The notes: a model not told the origin generated them from the sequence alone. A DNA stretch of 64,000 nt from Verrucomicrobiota bacterium (GCA_003152315.1 PLZV01000022.1:65671-129670), one strand, 5' to 3'; shown: positions 1 through 12,463, counted from the first letter of the stretch. Numbers and translations: made by a program.

Positions 1-2
1 GG

Positions 3-614
3 GGCAAGGTGCGCTACATCAACACCGATGGGGGCGGCAATGCCATTAGTTTTGTTAGCGCCAATGGCGGCCAGCTTTACGTGGAGAACTCTTACAACGA
101 GGCCAGCAATACCTTCTCGAACAGAATCCTGCGCCTGTCGGGGGGCGGCACTGTTACATTTCTCGGCTCAAAAATGGTTGAGAACATCGGCAGTGCGGAA
201 GATTTTAGCCGTGCGACATCCAGTGGTTTTGCCCTCGCGAGTTTTACGGGACAACTGTCATTCCTCGGCATTCAGGTCATCGATTGGTTCAATATCAGCG
301 GCGCGACGACAGGCTCGATTTGGATTGAGGGGGCCAACACCTTCAGGAATCCAGTGAGCACCTGGCCGATCAACAACTCGACGGGCGATACCCCGGTCCA
401 GACGATGAACTACAACTTCACCGATGCTAGCGGCAGCACGAGAATCCCTGACATCGGCACAGCCTCAGCCGCCTTCACGCGCCAGATGCTTATGCAAGCG
501 CGAGCCGAATACGTGGACCGAACTCCCATGTCTCGGAGGACGAATCAAACGGACGTCTTCTTGGAGCAGGTTTACTTTCAGCTGGGGACTCAAAACCTCG
601 CAGTGTCGCCATGA
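3..614 (+). CDS. C-terminal part of a large S/T/N/G-rich, probably secreted protein (possible beta-helix/pectate-lyase-like fold); 5'-truncated by the window edge
   Basis: Frame is open from position 3 (GKVRYINTDGGG...) to TGA at 612-614. Composition is beta-strand-like and S/T/N/G-rich. The fold is a guess. Confidence 0.55.
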   Translation, partial: GKVRYINTDGGGNAISFVSANGGQLYVENSYNEASNTFSNRILRLSGGGTVTFLGSKMVENIGSAEDFSRATSSGFALASFTGQLSFLGIQVIDWFNISGATTGSIWIEGANTFRNPVSTWPINNSTGDTPVQTMNYNFTDASGSTRIPDIGTASAAFTRQMLMQARAEYVDRTPMSRRTNQTDVFLEQVYFQLGTQNLAVSP

Positions 615-936
615 TGGGTGTTTCGCTCACCGTAGGCGCAGTGTAGCGTCATATCTCACGCTCTCAACGAGACATCTCGCACGCATGAGCATGAGCGACC
701 GCGAGCTTCCTGCCCAGTGCGGCTCATTTACCGATGCTTTGCACATTCATCGCCCTCGATGGTTGAATTTGCTGCCTGGGAATTGAACGAACTTCGCTTG
801 TGTTGCACGACTGATGGTCGCCACGGCGCTCGAGCGAATGTTTAGCCGTTCCCGCCTCTGGTTGAACCACGAGCGCGGCACAGATGAACTTGTTGATGCT
901 CTAGGCGATGACTAGGTCGCCGCAAGTCCCAGCCGC

Positions 937-2868
937 TCAGAAACCTGACTTTTTCAGTGGCCCCTCAACGTCTGAGAAGAGGTATGTGGAGGTTCCTGGT
1001 TGTGGCAATTCCTCCAGCGAGACGCGGAACTGGCGCACCGTTACATCGTGTTGGTGACACAATTCCTTGAGTTGCTCAAGTTGCTGGGGCGCGAGCTTGG
1101 TGGTGGCAATGATCAATTCTTCAATACCACCGTCACGGAGGACCTCGGGGAGAACCATAAACGACCCAAGAATCGGGTATCCATGCAAAATCTTGCGGTT
1201 CTTTCCGTGATACTCGTCGATGAAACCAACCGGGGCGAGTGAATGATGTTGGTTGGCAAGAAGTTCGCAAATCAACAGGCTGGCGCTGGGACCCGTCCCG
1301 TAAATGAGCACCCGCTTCTTGTGAGCGGGATTGGATTGCGCGTAATAATGGATCAGGCGCGCGGAGAATCGCGAACCCAGCAGGAAAGAACTCACAACGT
1401 AAAAATCAATTACCAGTGTCGTGGCGCCGATGTTTCCCACCTGCATATAGGTCAACACCACAGCCGCTGCGGCACTTCCCAGTACCATCGAGCGGCAGCC
1501 GCGCAGCATTTCTGGAACACCGGCCTGCCGCCAGCGGATACGGTATAAGCCCGTCAGGTGGAAAACGACAATCTTGGTCAGCAGCATCGCCGGCAATGTC
1601 GCAATGAATGTGGCCTTCACCGGGCCGGTGAACACACCGTCGTAGCGCAGCCAGTAGGCGACATAGTAGGCCAGCGACACCATCACGAGATCGATGGGGA
1701 TCTGGAACGACTCATATCCCAGCACCGGGAAACGGGAGAGTGGAACTAGCGAACCGTTGCGGAGGAACTGCAACTCTTCGTAACGCAGTTTGCGGATACC
1801 AATCACGACGGCAATGCCAATTGCGGCAAGAACGACGCCCGTGTCGATGTTGCGATACGACGCAATGACGAGGGCGGACACACTCATCGCCGCACAAATC
1901 GCGTAGAGGAATATGACCGCGTTGCGATGGTAGATTCCCAGGCGCATCAGGCGATGGTGAATGTGATCGCGGTCAGCCTCAAACATCGATTTGCCGCGCA
2001 AAAAAAACACCCGGTAGGTTCCTTGGCCTGTCGTTTCCCAGACGTGCATCGCGCGTAGGAAACGGCGAATCATCGCCAGCAGGGCATCCATGATCGGCAG
2101 GCCAAACGCCATCATCGGGATCAGGATCGACACGGCGACTGTGCTCTTCTGCGAGGTTGTGATGCTCAGGACGGCGAGCGTGAAGCCCAGAAAGAGACTG
2201 CCGGAATCACCAAGGAAAATCGACGCGGGGTGGAAGTTGTAAGGCAAGAACCCAAGGAGGCAGCCCGCCAACGCGGAGCACACGAGCGCCAATTCAACAT
2301 TCTGACCGAGTAGCGCCACGCCCATCAACGTTAACGACGAGATTAAAGCCACGCCATTGGCCAAGCCGTCCAAGCCATCAATGAGGTTGAAGGCGTTCGT
2401 TAGTCCCACGATCCAAAGGAGAGTAACCGGAATGCCCCAGAGACCCAGATGGATGGAAACACCCCACGGTAGATTCAGGCGATCAATGACGTATCCGAAA
2501 TACATCGCGCAGCAGGCGGCGAGTGCCTGGGTCAGGAACTTCACCCGCGCGCCCAGTGGTCGCAGGTCGTCGAACACGCCCAGGCCAACGATAATGCTGG
2601 CGGCTGCGAGATAGCCTCTCCACCAATGTTTCCCGACCGAGACAAACGGATTCGTGACCAGTGCGAAGGGTGAAAACGCGAGGAAAACCATGGATGTGAA
2701 CGCCACAAAGATGGCCACGCCGCCAAGCCGGGGGATGGGACGGTCATGGACCTTCCGTTCATTTGGAATATCCATGGCGTTGACACGGATCGCCAGCCAT
2801 CGCACTAGCGGCGTCAGCGCGAACGAAACAGCGAAACCACCCAAAAACAATAGTAAATACTTGCCCAT
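937..2868 (-). CDS. WecA/MraY-family undecaprenyl-phosphate HexNAc-1-phosphate transferase fused to a C-terminal membrane plus Rossmann-like (CapD/PglF N-terminal-like) region
   Basis: MDIPNERKVH..PIPRLGG, GVFDD, NAFNLIDGLDGLA, FLGDSGS and ADRDHIHHRL motifs. The extra ~280 aa carry TM helices plus RVLIYGTG, VGFIDE and GYPILG. Confidence 0.85.
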   Translation of the reverse strand: MGKYLLLFLGGFAVSFALTPLVRWLAIRVNAMDIPNERKVHDRPIPRLGGVAIFVAFTSMVFLAFSPFALVTNPFVSVGKHWWRGYLAAASIIVGLGVFDDLRPLGARVKFLTQALAACCAMYFGYVIDRLNLPWGVSIHLGLWGIPVTLLWIVGLTNAFNLIDGLDGLANGVALISSLTLMGVALLGQNVELALVCSALAGCLLGFLPYNFHPASIFLGDSGSLFLGFTLAVLSITTSQKSTVAVSILIPMMAFGLPIMDALLAMIRRFLRAMHVWETTGQGTYRVFFLRGKSMFEADRDHIHHRLMRLGIYHRNAVIFLYAICAAMSVSALVIASYRNIDTGVVLAAIGIAVVIGIRKLRYEELQFLRNGSLVPLSRFPVLGYESFQIPIDLVMVSLAYYVAYWLRYDGVFTGPVKATFIATLPAMLLTKIVVFHLTGLYRIRWRQAGVPEMLRGCRSMVLGSAAAAVVLTYMQVGNIGATTLVIDFYVVSSFLLGSRFSARLIHYYAQSNPAHKKRVLIYGTGPSASLLICELLANQHHSLAPVGFIDEYHGKNRKILHGYPILGSFMVLPEVLRDGGIEELIIATTKLAPQQLEQLKELCHQHDVTVRQFRVSLEELPQPGTSTYLFSDVEGPLKKSGF

Positions 2869-2978
2869 ACCCCTCTCTATGTCAAACTTGACGACCCCCT
2901 GAGCCTACAATAAACTGGCCTGGAAGGCAATTAATCTTTCACGAAAAATGTGGCGTTTCTCATCGAAAGTAGCATCTG

Positions 2979-4693
<1,715 letters not shown>

Positions 4694-4705
4694 TTAGTTC
4701 CGGAA

Positions 4706-5728
4706 TCAGTGCTGTCCCACATCCACCCTGGCAACCTTGCCGGCCAATTGATCTTCCAGCGTCTTGAGGTCGGCATCAACCATCAACTTCACCAGGTCTT
4801 TGAACCGCGTCTTTGATTCCCACCCCAAAACCCGTTTCGCCTTGGACGCGTCCCCAATCAATAAATCGACTTCCGCCGGGCGGTAGTAGCGCTTATCGAT
4901 TTCGACGTACTTGCCCCAATCCAGCCCCGCGTGCGCGAAGGCTTCTTCGCAGAACTCCTTGACCGAATGAGTCTCGCCCGTGGCGATGACGTAATCATCC
5001 GGCTTGTCCTGCTGCAAAATCAACCACATCGCCTCCACGAACTCCGGAGCGTATCCCCAATCGCGCTTCGCATCCAGATTGCCGAGATAGAGCTTCTCCT
5101 GAAGTCCGAATTTGATGTGCGCGATGGCGCGGGTAATCTTCCGGGTGACGAAAGTTTCGCCGCGCCGCGGCGATTCATGATTGAATAGTATCCCATTGCA
5201 GGCGAACATGTTGTATCCCTCACGGTAATTGACCGTTGCCCAATAGGAGAATACTTTTGCGACGGCGTATGGGCTGCGGGGATGGAAGGGAGTCGTTTCC
5301 CGTTGTGGGATCTCCGCCACTTTACCAAACATCTCGCTCGACGAGGCCTGGTAAAATCGAGGGTTGCTCTCGGTTTCGCGGATCGCCTCAAGGATGCGGA
5401 TGGTTCCAACGCCCGTGATGTCCGCCGTGTATTCGGGAATGTCATAGCTGACACGCACATGACTCTGGGCACCGAGGTGGTAAACCTCATCGAATTTCAA
5501 GTCGTACATCATTTTCACCAGGCTCACCGAATCACTGAGATCACCATAATGCAGGAACAGTTTGACACCCCGCTTATGGCGGTCTTGGTAAAGGTGGTCG
5601 ATGCGACTGCTGTTGATGCTGCTGGCGCGGCGGATGATGCCGTGAACCTCGTAACCCTTTTGCAGAAGCAGCTCGGCCAAATAAGATCCGTCCTGTCCTG
5701 TGATGCCGGTGATAAGTGCTCGTTTCAT
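4706..5728 (-). CDS. gmd: GDP-mannose 4,6-dehydratase
   Basis: [28 protein letters not shown] and [17 protein letters not shown]. Confidence 0.97.
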   Translation of the reverse strand: MKRALITGITGQDGSYLAELLLQKGYEVHGIIRRASSINSSRIDHLYQDRHKRGVKLFLHYGDLSDSVSLVKMMYDLKFDEVYHLGAQSHVRVSYDIPEYTADITGVGTIRILEAIRETESNPRFYQASSSEMFGKVAEIPQRETTPFHPRSPYAVAKVFSYWATVNYREGYNMFACNGILFNHESPRRGETFVTRKITRAIAHIKFGLQEKLYLGNLDAKRDWGYAPEFVEAMWLILQQDKPDDYVIATGETHSVKEFCEEAFAHAGLDWGKYVEIDKRYYRPAEVDLLIGDASKAKRVLGWESKTRFKDLVKLMVDADLKTLEDQLAGKVARVDVGQH

Positions 5729-5762
5729 GCCGTCCTCTTAGTATGCGATTTTGTCCGCCGCG

Positions 5763-7016
5763 TCACGCCGATTCTCCGGATGTCTGGATCGGTTGCCCAT
5801 CAGCGCGCGCAGCAGCGGACTCGATTGTCTCAAGCATCCGTGGAAGTTGCGCGGCCTTCGAGAAACGGGCGGCTATGGGGCTTTGTTTTGGCCCGGTCGC
5901 GGTTATCTCCACTTCGGCCAGCTCTCGGAGATGTTTCACCAGGATTTCAGTTTGACCATGTGCAACGGTGCGCGCGCGCCCGTCAGCACGAGTCTCTCGG
6001 ACAATGTCCGAGAGGTGACTCTCGAGAGGTCCGATGATGAGATAGGACAATCCGATCGCCAGGATATTGTAAATCTTACAGGGATGGATAATGCCAACGA
6101 AGGGCTCTCCCATCACGACGACATGAAGGTCAGCGCTGGACAAGGAGGCTGCGAGTTGATCCAGAGGCTGGTAGGGGAGGCAAATGATATTGCCCAGGCG
6201 CTTCTCCTGCGCAAACCCGCGCACCTTGTTGAACTCACTGCCACCACCGACGAAGCAAAAGACAATCGCGGGATGTGCGGCGAGTTGCTCGGCTGCCTGG
6301 AGCAGGGTGTTCAGCGGATGACAGGGACTGTGATTGCCCGAGTACATCACGACGAATTTCTTTGACAGCCCGTGGCGGGCGCGGAACGATTGCCGTCCCT
6401 CGGGGTCGTATTGGACAGCATCATCGTGTGACCAGGGAGGTATGACCACCAGCTTTTCCTCCGGGATTCCCTTGTCGAGGATCCGTCGCACCATGAAACG
6501 GTCGAGCGCCACGATCCGTTCTGCATGCCGTAGACTGTAGCGCAGCATCGACCCCAGGATCCGTGCCGCGGCGGACTGCTCGCGCAGCCAACCGGCGGCG
6601 AGCGCTTCATCAGGGTTTAAATCCATCACCCAAAACACGAATCGCCCGCCTTTGAGACGCACGAACAATGCCCCCAGAAGGGAGATCAGCGGCGGGGATG
6701 TCAAGGCCACAACGACGTCAAATTTCGGGAGAATGGCCAGCCGCAAAGTGCAATTGAACAGGAAGCTGGCGAAGCCGAGCGCTCGCCGCAATTTCGTCTT
6801 CTTCCCCAATGCGAGCGAGGGGATACGGATGATCGTGACGCCTCGCCACTCTTCACGCGCTGGAAACCGTATGCTCGGGTCGTCGTAGCCGCGTCGACTG
6901 GCCACAACCGTTACCGAATGCCCGCGTTCCGCCAGTGCCACGGCCAGATCCGTCAAGTGCTGCGCGGTGGAGACGACGTCGGGGTGGAAACACTGGTTTA
7001 ACAGTAATACTCTCAT
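5763..7016 (-). CDS. Family 4 glycosyltransferase (WcaI/WbuB-like)
   Basis: MRVLLLNQCFHPD..STAQHLTDLA, TSPP, MDLNPD, MYSGN and PCKIY. ATG at 7016. Confidence 0.85.
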   Translation of the reverse strand: MRVLLLNQCFHPDVVSTAQHLTDLAVALAERGHSVTVVASRRGYDDPSIRFPAREEWRGVTIIRIPSLALGKKTKLRRALGFASFLFNCTLRLAILPKFDVVVALTSPPLISLLGALFVRLKGGRFVFWVMDLNPDEALAAGWLREQSAAARILGSMLRYSLRHAERIVALDRFMVRRILDKGIPEEKLVVIPPWSHDDAVQYDPEGRQSFRARHGLSKKFVVMYSGNHSPCHPLNTLLQAAEQLAAHPAIVFCFVGGGSEFNKVRGFAQEKRLGNIICLPYQPLDQLAASLSSADLHVVVMGEPFVGIIHPCKIYNILAIGLSYLIIGPLESHLSDIVRETRADGRARTVAHGQTEILVKHLRELAEVEITATGPKQSPIAARFSKAAQLPRMLETIESAAARADGQPIQTSGESA

Positions 7017-7043
7017 GCAGTATTCACGGTGCAAATCAGCAAT

Positions 7044-7871
7044 TTACTGGGAGGTGACCTGCGCACGTTCGAGTCCCTTCAGTTTCATGACAATCATTCG
7101 CTCATAAGTGGCCAATAGGCGGCAGTATACGAATCCCGGCCACCCATCCAGGAAACCGAGGCGGAGCACATACATATACAGAAAACGCAGGGTAGGGCGG
7201 CACGGAAGCCGCGTCGAAAGTCTCTTGAGTGCACGTCGCCGTGCGACGGGATCGGTTCCCCACAGGTCGCGCCAAGCAATCTGCCCGTTCTGTCGCTCTC
7301 GCAGGCTCTCCTCAGCTTCCTTGGTCGAGTACCGATCATGCTTCTCCCGCCAATCGTCGAGGCCCTTCGAGAAATTGTAGTGCAGGTACGGTTCGCGCAA
7401 CTTGCCGACCCCGCGTTTGGCCTCCGCCTCCCGTTGGCCGTGGCCAGTCTGGATAAACCGGATTTCCCCGAGCTTCATCAACCGCATCTGATACACGGGA
7501 TACATGGCCGACCAGCGCAGCCATTTGTCCATGAGCATTAGTTTGCTCGGTACGAGAAACCCGCTCTGCCTGTCCGCCGCGATCACGGCCTCGCACTCGC
7601 CCTGCAGCGACTCCGTGAACCGTTCATCTGCGTCGAGATGAAACACCCAGGGATGCTGGAACGGGATCTTGTCGAGCGCGTAATTGCGCTGGGTGGCAAA
7701 ATCGTCGAAGGAGCGCTCCACCACGCGCGCTCCGGCGCTCCTCGCGACTGCGACCGTCCGGTCCGTGCTAAGTGAATCGAGCACGACAATATCGTCGCAC
7801 CACTTTACCGACGCCAGACAGTCGGGAAGGTTTTGCTCTTCGTTCCGTGTGAGGATCAGAACGGAGAACAC
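7044..7871 (-). CDS. Family 2 glycosyltransferase
   Basis: SVLILTRNEE, DSLSTDRT, QRN and LDADE. Confidence 0.9.
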   Translation of the reverse strand: MFSVLILTRNEEQNLPDCLASVKWCDDIVVLDSLSTDRTVAVARSAGARVVERSFDDFATQRNYALDKIPFQHPWVFHLDADERFTESLQGECEAVIAADRQSGFLVPSKLMLMDKWLRWSAMYPVYQMRLMKLGEIRFIQTGHGQREAEAKRGVGKLREPYLHYNFSKGLDDWREKHDRYSTKEAEESLRERQNGQIAWRDLWGTDPVARRRALKRLSTRLPCRPTLRFLYMYVLRLGFLDGWPGFVYCRLLATYERMIVMKLKGLERAQVTSQ

Positions 7872-7874
7872 GGA

Positions 7875-9620
7875 TCATCCCTTCGTGATAACGTAGCGAC
7901 CGAGGCACAGGGCGTCCATGTCGGTGCGCTTAAAGCAATCGACCGCCTGCGCGGGCGTGTCAACGATGGGCTCGTTTTCGTTGAAGCTAGTATTCAAGAC
8001 GATCCCGATGCCGGTGCGTTTGCGGAACGCGTCAATCAGGTCGTAATACAGCGGATTATGCGATCGGTCGATGCTCTGTAGGCGGCCCGTGCCATCGACA
8101 TGCGTGATCGCGGGCAGTTTCGGCCGCCACTCGGGCCGAATCTTCACGACGTGCATCATGAAGGGACTGAGGATGTCCTGCTCAAAATAGGTGCTGACGT
8201 ATTCCTTCAGCACGGTGGGTGCGAAGGGACGGAACGATTCGCGCCGCTTGATCTTCGCGTTGATGATCTCCTTCATGTTGGGGATGGCGGGATTGGCCAG
8301 GATTGAACGGTTGCCTAGGGCGCGCGGGCCCCATTCGCTCCGGCCCTGATACCAGCCGAGCACCTTGCCCTGAACGATCAAATCAGCCACGGCCTCGACC
8401 AGTTGCGCGTCGGTCGCATGATGACGCACCGCATAACCGCAGGATTCAGCCGCCTTCTTCAAGTCAGCGTCTGGATAGCCGGGACCCCAATACGCGTGGT
8501 TCATGTAAAAGCGCTTCTTTTGGCCCAGCACCTCGTGCCAGCAATAATACGCCGCGCCCAGGCACGTGCCATCGTCGGAAGCGGCGCTTTGATTGTAGTA
8601 TTTCTTAAAGTTTGTCTCCCGCAGGATGCGGGCGTTGGCGACACCGTTGAGCGCACAGCCGCCGGCCATAGCCAATTGATCGGTTTTCACAAGTTTTTCC
8701 AGCTTGTGCATACAGTGCATCGCCGCTTCCTCGAACCGTACCTGTACGGAACGCGCTATGTCCTTCTCGCGTTGGCTGATTGGTTCGGCGCGTTGGCGTG
8801 GGGGGCCAAGTCGTTTCACGATCTCATCGCTGTAAAGCCGGCCCATGATGAGGTGGTTGCGGTCATCCACCGCGCCGCTCTCGCCACCTTCGTGCATTCC
8901 GAAATAACCCGGCTTCAACCGAAACCAACTCTTGCCGTTCAGCAGCACGAGTTCGCGCATCAGGTCGGCGTACTTGTCTTCGCCGTACGGCGCCAGGCCC
9001 ATCACCTTGTATTCTTCGCCGAATTCGTCAAAACCAATGTACTGGCAAAGTGCCGTGTAGAAGAAACCGAGGCTGTGCGGCAGATGCACACGGTCGAGTA
9101 CTTCGATGCGCGGGCCTTCGCAACGCGCCGCCATGGCGCTCACAAAGTCGCCGGAGGCGTCATACGAGAAACCGGCCGTGAGGCTTTCGAACGGTGAAAG
9201 GTAGTACGAACTTGCAATGTGCGCGAGATGATGTTCCACCCACACGGTCTCAAATTTCATCGGCGCGGCGTCTTCGCCGCAGACCGTGGCGAGCTGCTCC
9301 AGCATGCTTTCCGTGTGCGTGTTGCGGCGGAAATGTTCGACTACCGCGCTGGCGGCCTTTATCGGGTGCTTGGCGACGTAGGCCATCTTCCTGGCGTAGT
9401 TTGCCTTGGGATTCCGCGCAATGGCGACGTGGGTCACGTCCTGCAATCGCACGCCCGAGTCTTGCAGGGCGCGGCGAATGGCGTTTTCGGGGAAGCGCGG
9501 ACAATGTTTCTCGCGTTTTCCCAGCCGCTCTTCGGCTACGGCAAATTTCAGTTCGCCATCGATGACCACGCATGCCGCCGAATCGGCGTGAAAGGCGTTG
9601 ATTCCAAGTATGACCACCAT
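7875..9620 (-). CDS. Carbamoyltransferase (NodU/CmcH family)
   Basis: HADSAAC, AEER, VEHHLAH, EYKVMGLAPYG, GGCALNG, GPRALGNRS, RESFRPFAP and LNTSFN. Confidence 0.93.
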   Translation of the reverse strand: MVVILGINAFHADSAACVVIDGELKFAVAEERLGKREKHCPRFPENAIRRALQDSGVRLQDVTHVAIARNPKANYARKMAYVAKHPIKAASAVVEHFRRNTHTESMLEQLATVCGEDAAPMKFETVWVEHHLAHIASSYYLSPFESLTAGFSYDASGDFVSAMAARCEGPRIEVLDRVHLPHSLGFFYTALCQYIGFDEFGEEYKVMGLAPYGEDKYADLMRELVLLNGKSWFRLKPGYFGMHEGGESGAVDDRNHLIMGRLYSDEIVKRLGPPRQRAEPISQREKDIARSVQVRFEEAAMHCMHKLEKLVKTDQLAMAGGCALNGVANARILRETNFKKYYNQSAASDDGTCLGAAYYCWHEVLGQKKRFYMNHAYWGPGYPDADLKKAAESCGYAVRHHATDAQLVEAVADLIVQGKVLGWYQGRSEWGPRALGNRSILANPAIPNMKEIINAKIKRRESFRPFAPTVLKEYVSTYFEQDILSPFMMHVVKIRPEWRPKLPAITHVDGTGRLQSIDRSHNPLYYDLIDAFRKRTGIGIVLNTSFNENEPIVDTPAQAVDCFKRTDMDALCLGRYVITKG

Positions 9621-9629
9621 GTTAATCCA

Positions 9630-11519
9630 TCACTTTGTCGTTGCTAGTTGCTCCCGCGAATTCGGAAGCGGTTGTTGTTTGAAAAAACTGTCTTCCAACC
9701 AATGGCCGAGCACGGCAAATTGCCAGACACGCGACCATTGGAGCCTGCCGTGTTCAAAATCGTCCAAGAGCTGACCTGTCTTGATCTTTGACAATGCCTT
9801 CAAGCCATCGATTACAGCAAGTCCTTCGCCAACGAATCCCTTCAACGGCCCGCGCATCCATTCCGCCATCGGCAGGATGAACCCTTGCTTGGGACGATCC
9901 GCGACCCCGCGGGGAAGCAAATCGCCGGTGGCCTTCAGCAGCCACGCCTTGTTCAACAGCGAACCCTCCGGGTCGGCCAGACCGTACTTGAGGCACGTTT
10001 CCACGAGCACATGGTCGAGGAAAGGAACGCGCAATTCCAGCCCGTGCGCCATGCTCAATACATCGCTATCGCGCAGGAGCACGCTCCGCATGTAGCCGCT
10101 CAGTTCCAGCACGCTCACCCGTGACGCCAGCGGCGCATCACCGTCCACGGCATCACCCCAATCGGGCGCGTCGGCCAGTCCCATCTGCTCCAGATCGTTT
10201 CGTGACCAGAGAGCACGCAGGCTGGCGTAACGCGCTGAGAGAGACGCATTTCGATCCAGAAACTCCGCCGCTCGACGTCCTTTGTTTCCGCCGCCCGCAG
10301 CCAGCGCCCGTAGCGATCGCGGTACGAGCCCCAGGGACGGCGCCCAGCGTTCCGCCCAAGCGGCCCGCTGAAAGCTCGGATAACCGCCGAACAGCTCGTC
10401 GCCACCAAGCCCGGAGAGCACGACCTTGAACCCGTGGTCCGCCACGGCTTTCGAAATGATGTAGGTATTGGCGCCGTCCATCGTGGGCAAGTCCATCGCT
10501 CCAACCGCGATGGGAATCTGGGCGGCCACTTCGTCGTGCGACAGTCGTACCAGATGGTGTGTTGTCCCGCACTTTCGTGCGACCGCGTCGGCATACGCGG
10601 ACTCGTCCGCCCTGGTTTCGTGAAAGCCCAGGGTAAAGGTCTGAAGCCGCCTGCCGAGTTCCTTCGCGGCGATAGCAGTGACGATGGACGAATCGATCCC
10701 ACCGCTCAGGAAACAAGCCACAGGTACATCAGAAAGCAGATGCTCATGCACGGCGCGCTCGAGCTGTGTCCGGATCTCGGACACGATCGATCCGCGCTCC
10801 ACATCAGCCTGCCGCGGCTCGGGATGCCAGTACGGTTCCACTTTCTCAATGCAGCCCGCACGAACGAGCATCCAATGGCCCGCAAGGAGGGACTGGACAC
10901 CCTTGAGCAACGTGTACGGTTCGGGTACCGCACCGAAGCGGACGTAACCGGCCAAGCCGACGTGATCCAGTTCCGACCGCAACCAGCCACTTGCCAGCAG
11001 CGCGCGAACTTCGGACGCAAACAGCAGGGCATTCTTCTGCGCACAATAGTAGAGAGGTTTGATGCCGAGTCGATCGCGGGCGCACCACATCGTGCCGTTT
11101 GTCGCATCCCAAATCGCGAAGGCGAACATACCGCGCAATCGCAGGACGCAATCCCGTCCCCACAGTCGATACGCGTGCAGGATCGTTTCGGTGTCGCTCA
11201 GTGAATGCCATTTACCAGCGCGCTCGCCAATCTCCGCACGGACTTCGAGGTGGTTGTAGATTTCGCCATTGAAGACAATCCAGTTGCCCGTCTCAGGATC
11301 GTGCATCGGTTGATGGCCGGCGGGACTCAAGTCGAGGATCGCCAGCCGGGTGTTGGCCATCGCAGCCAGGCCATCGGCTTCGCGTGACGTGGATACGATC
11401 TGGAAGCCGTCATCATCCGGCCCGCGGTGTTTGATGCCCGCGACCATGCGTCGGATCGCCGACTCTACCTCGGAGAGCGGACGATCAGCGCGACTGCAAA
11501 TTCCAGCGATGCCACACAC
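9630..11519 (-). CDS. asnB: Asparagine synthase-like amidotransferase (glutamine-hydrolysing), probably amidating a glycan
   Basis: MCGIAG, HRGPD, FNGEIYN, ARDRLGIKPLYY, LSGGIDSS, GGDELFGGY and RVPFLD. Confidence 0.92.
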   Translation of the reverse strand: MCGIAGICSRADRPLSEVESAIRRMVAGIKHRGPDDDGFQIVSTSREADGLAAMANTRLAILDLSPAGHQPMHDPETGNWIVFNGEIYNHLEVRAEIGERAGKWHSLSDTETILHAYRLWGRDCVLRLRGMFAFAIWDATNGTMWCARDRLGIKPLYYCAQKNALLFASEVRALLASGWLRSELDHVGLAGYVRFGAVPEPYTLLKGVQSLLAGHWMLVRAGCIEKVEPYWHPEPRQADVERGSIVSEIRTQLERAVHEHLLSDVPVACFLSGGIDSSIVTAIAAKELGRRLQTFTLGFHETRADESAYADAVARKCGTTHHLVRLSHDEVAAQIPIAVGAMDLPTMDGANTYIISKAVADHGFKVVLSGLGGDELFGGYPSFQRAAWAERWAPSLGLVPRSLRALAAGGGNKGRRAAEFLDRNASLSARYASLRALWSRNDLEQMGLADAPDWGDAVDGDAPLASRVSVLELSGYMRSVLLRDSDVLSMAHGLELRVPFLDHVLVETCLKYGLADPEGSLLNKAWLLKATGDLLPRGVADRPKQGFILPMAEWMRGPLKGFVGEGLAVIDGLKALSKIKTGQLLDDFEHGRLQWSRVWQFAVLGHWLEDSFFKQQPLPNSREQLATTK

Positions 11520-11520
11520 T

Positions 11521-12447
11521 TCAGGATTTGCGCTCCAAGGTGGTGACCAGATACGAACCCATCCGCAACCGATTGAGCAACACGCGGGTAAAAGAGTCGG
11601 GAATCACCCTCAGCGCCATGTCCTTGAACCGCCCGCGGGGTAGCGGCAGCGCTTCCGCCTTGCTCCCGTAGACGCGAACCTGGCGAACATGGAAGAGGTC
11701 GCCAACCAACTCTTTCCATTCGTTGGTCGTATAGAATCGCGCCAGGGCGCCGTCAGTCCAGCGCTGCATGATGTCGTGAATGGTCTTGCCTCGGAACAGC
11801 TCGCCCTGGATCAGTCCGTGGAGCAGCCCGCAAGTCACGTAGTAATTCCACCAACTCCGGTAGTAGACCATCACGGTGGCCGTACCGCCCGGCCGCAGGA
11901 CGCGGTGGATTTGTTGGAGCACCTTGCGCGTGTTTGAGGAGTGATGGATGACTCCCCAGCTCCAGACGAAGTCGAAGGAACCATCCGGGAATTCCAGTTG
12001 CTCGGCATCCATGCGCAAGATCCGTGCGGTAATTCCCTGTAGACCCAGTCTCTTGGTAGTGCTTTCCACGGCGTACGCGGTGAGGTCGACGCCGGTAAAC
12101 GATCTCGCGTGGGCAGCCAGCAGTTGTGCGTGGCTGCCATTGCCGACACCGATTTCCAGCACGTCCTGGCTCCGCAGCAATTCAAAGTCAATCAAGGCAT
12201 CAAAGGGGAGCACTTTCCACGGCAGATAGGTCCGCGCGTCGGAGAAAAAACGCCGGTCGATCTCCAGATAGAACTCGCGGCTGAATTCCGGCGCGTCGAT
12301 CTTGGCCCGCCAATCGTAGCGCATGGAGTTGTTTTCCCACCAGGAGCGGTTGGTGTCCTGCCACAGTTGAGCCTCTTCGGATGTTAGTGGCAGTGCGGTC
12401 GGGGTGGTGAACCCATTCGGCGCATGATCCTTGAGATTAGCTTTCAT
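11521..12447 (-). CDS. Class I SAM-dependent methyltransferase
   Basis: VLEIGVGNG, FDFVWSWGVIHH and VLRPGG. ATG at 12447 with upstream AAAGGA. Confidence 0.85.
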   Translation of the reverse strand: MKANLKDHAPNGFTTPTALPLTSEEAQLWQDTNRSWWENNSMRYDWRAKIDAPEFSREFYLEIDRRFFSDARTYLPWKVLPFDALIDFELLRSQDVLEIGVGNGSHAQLLAAHARSFTGVDLTAYAVESTTKRLGLQGITARILRMDAEQLEFPDGSFDFVWSWGVIHHSSNTRKVLQQIHRVLRPGGTATVMVYYRSWWNYYVTCGLLHGLIQGELFRGKTIHDIMQRWTDGALARFYTTNEWKELVGDLFHVRQVRVYGSKAEALPLPRGRFKDMALRVIPDSFTRVLLNRLRMGSYLVTTLERKS

Positions 12448-12463
12448 ATATATTCCTTTCAAA

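Noticed and set aside
2881..2892. GTCAA-ac-TTGAC palindrome before the WecA-like gene
   Set aside because: Short, single occurrence, and no regulator can be assigned.
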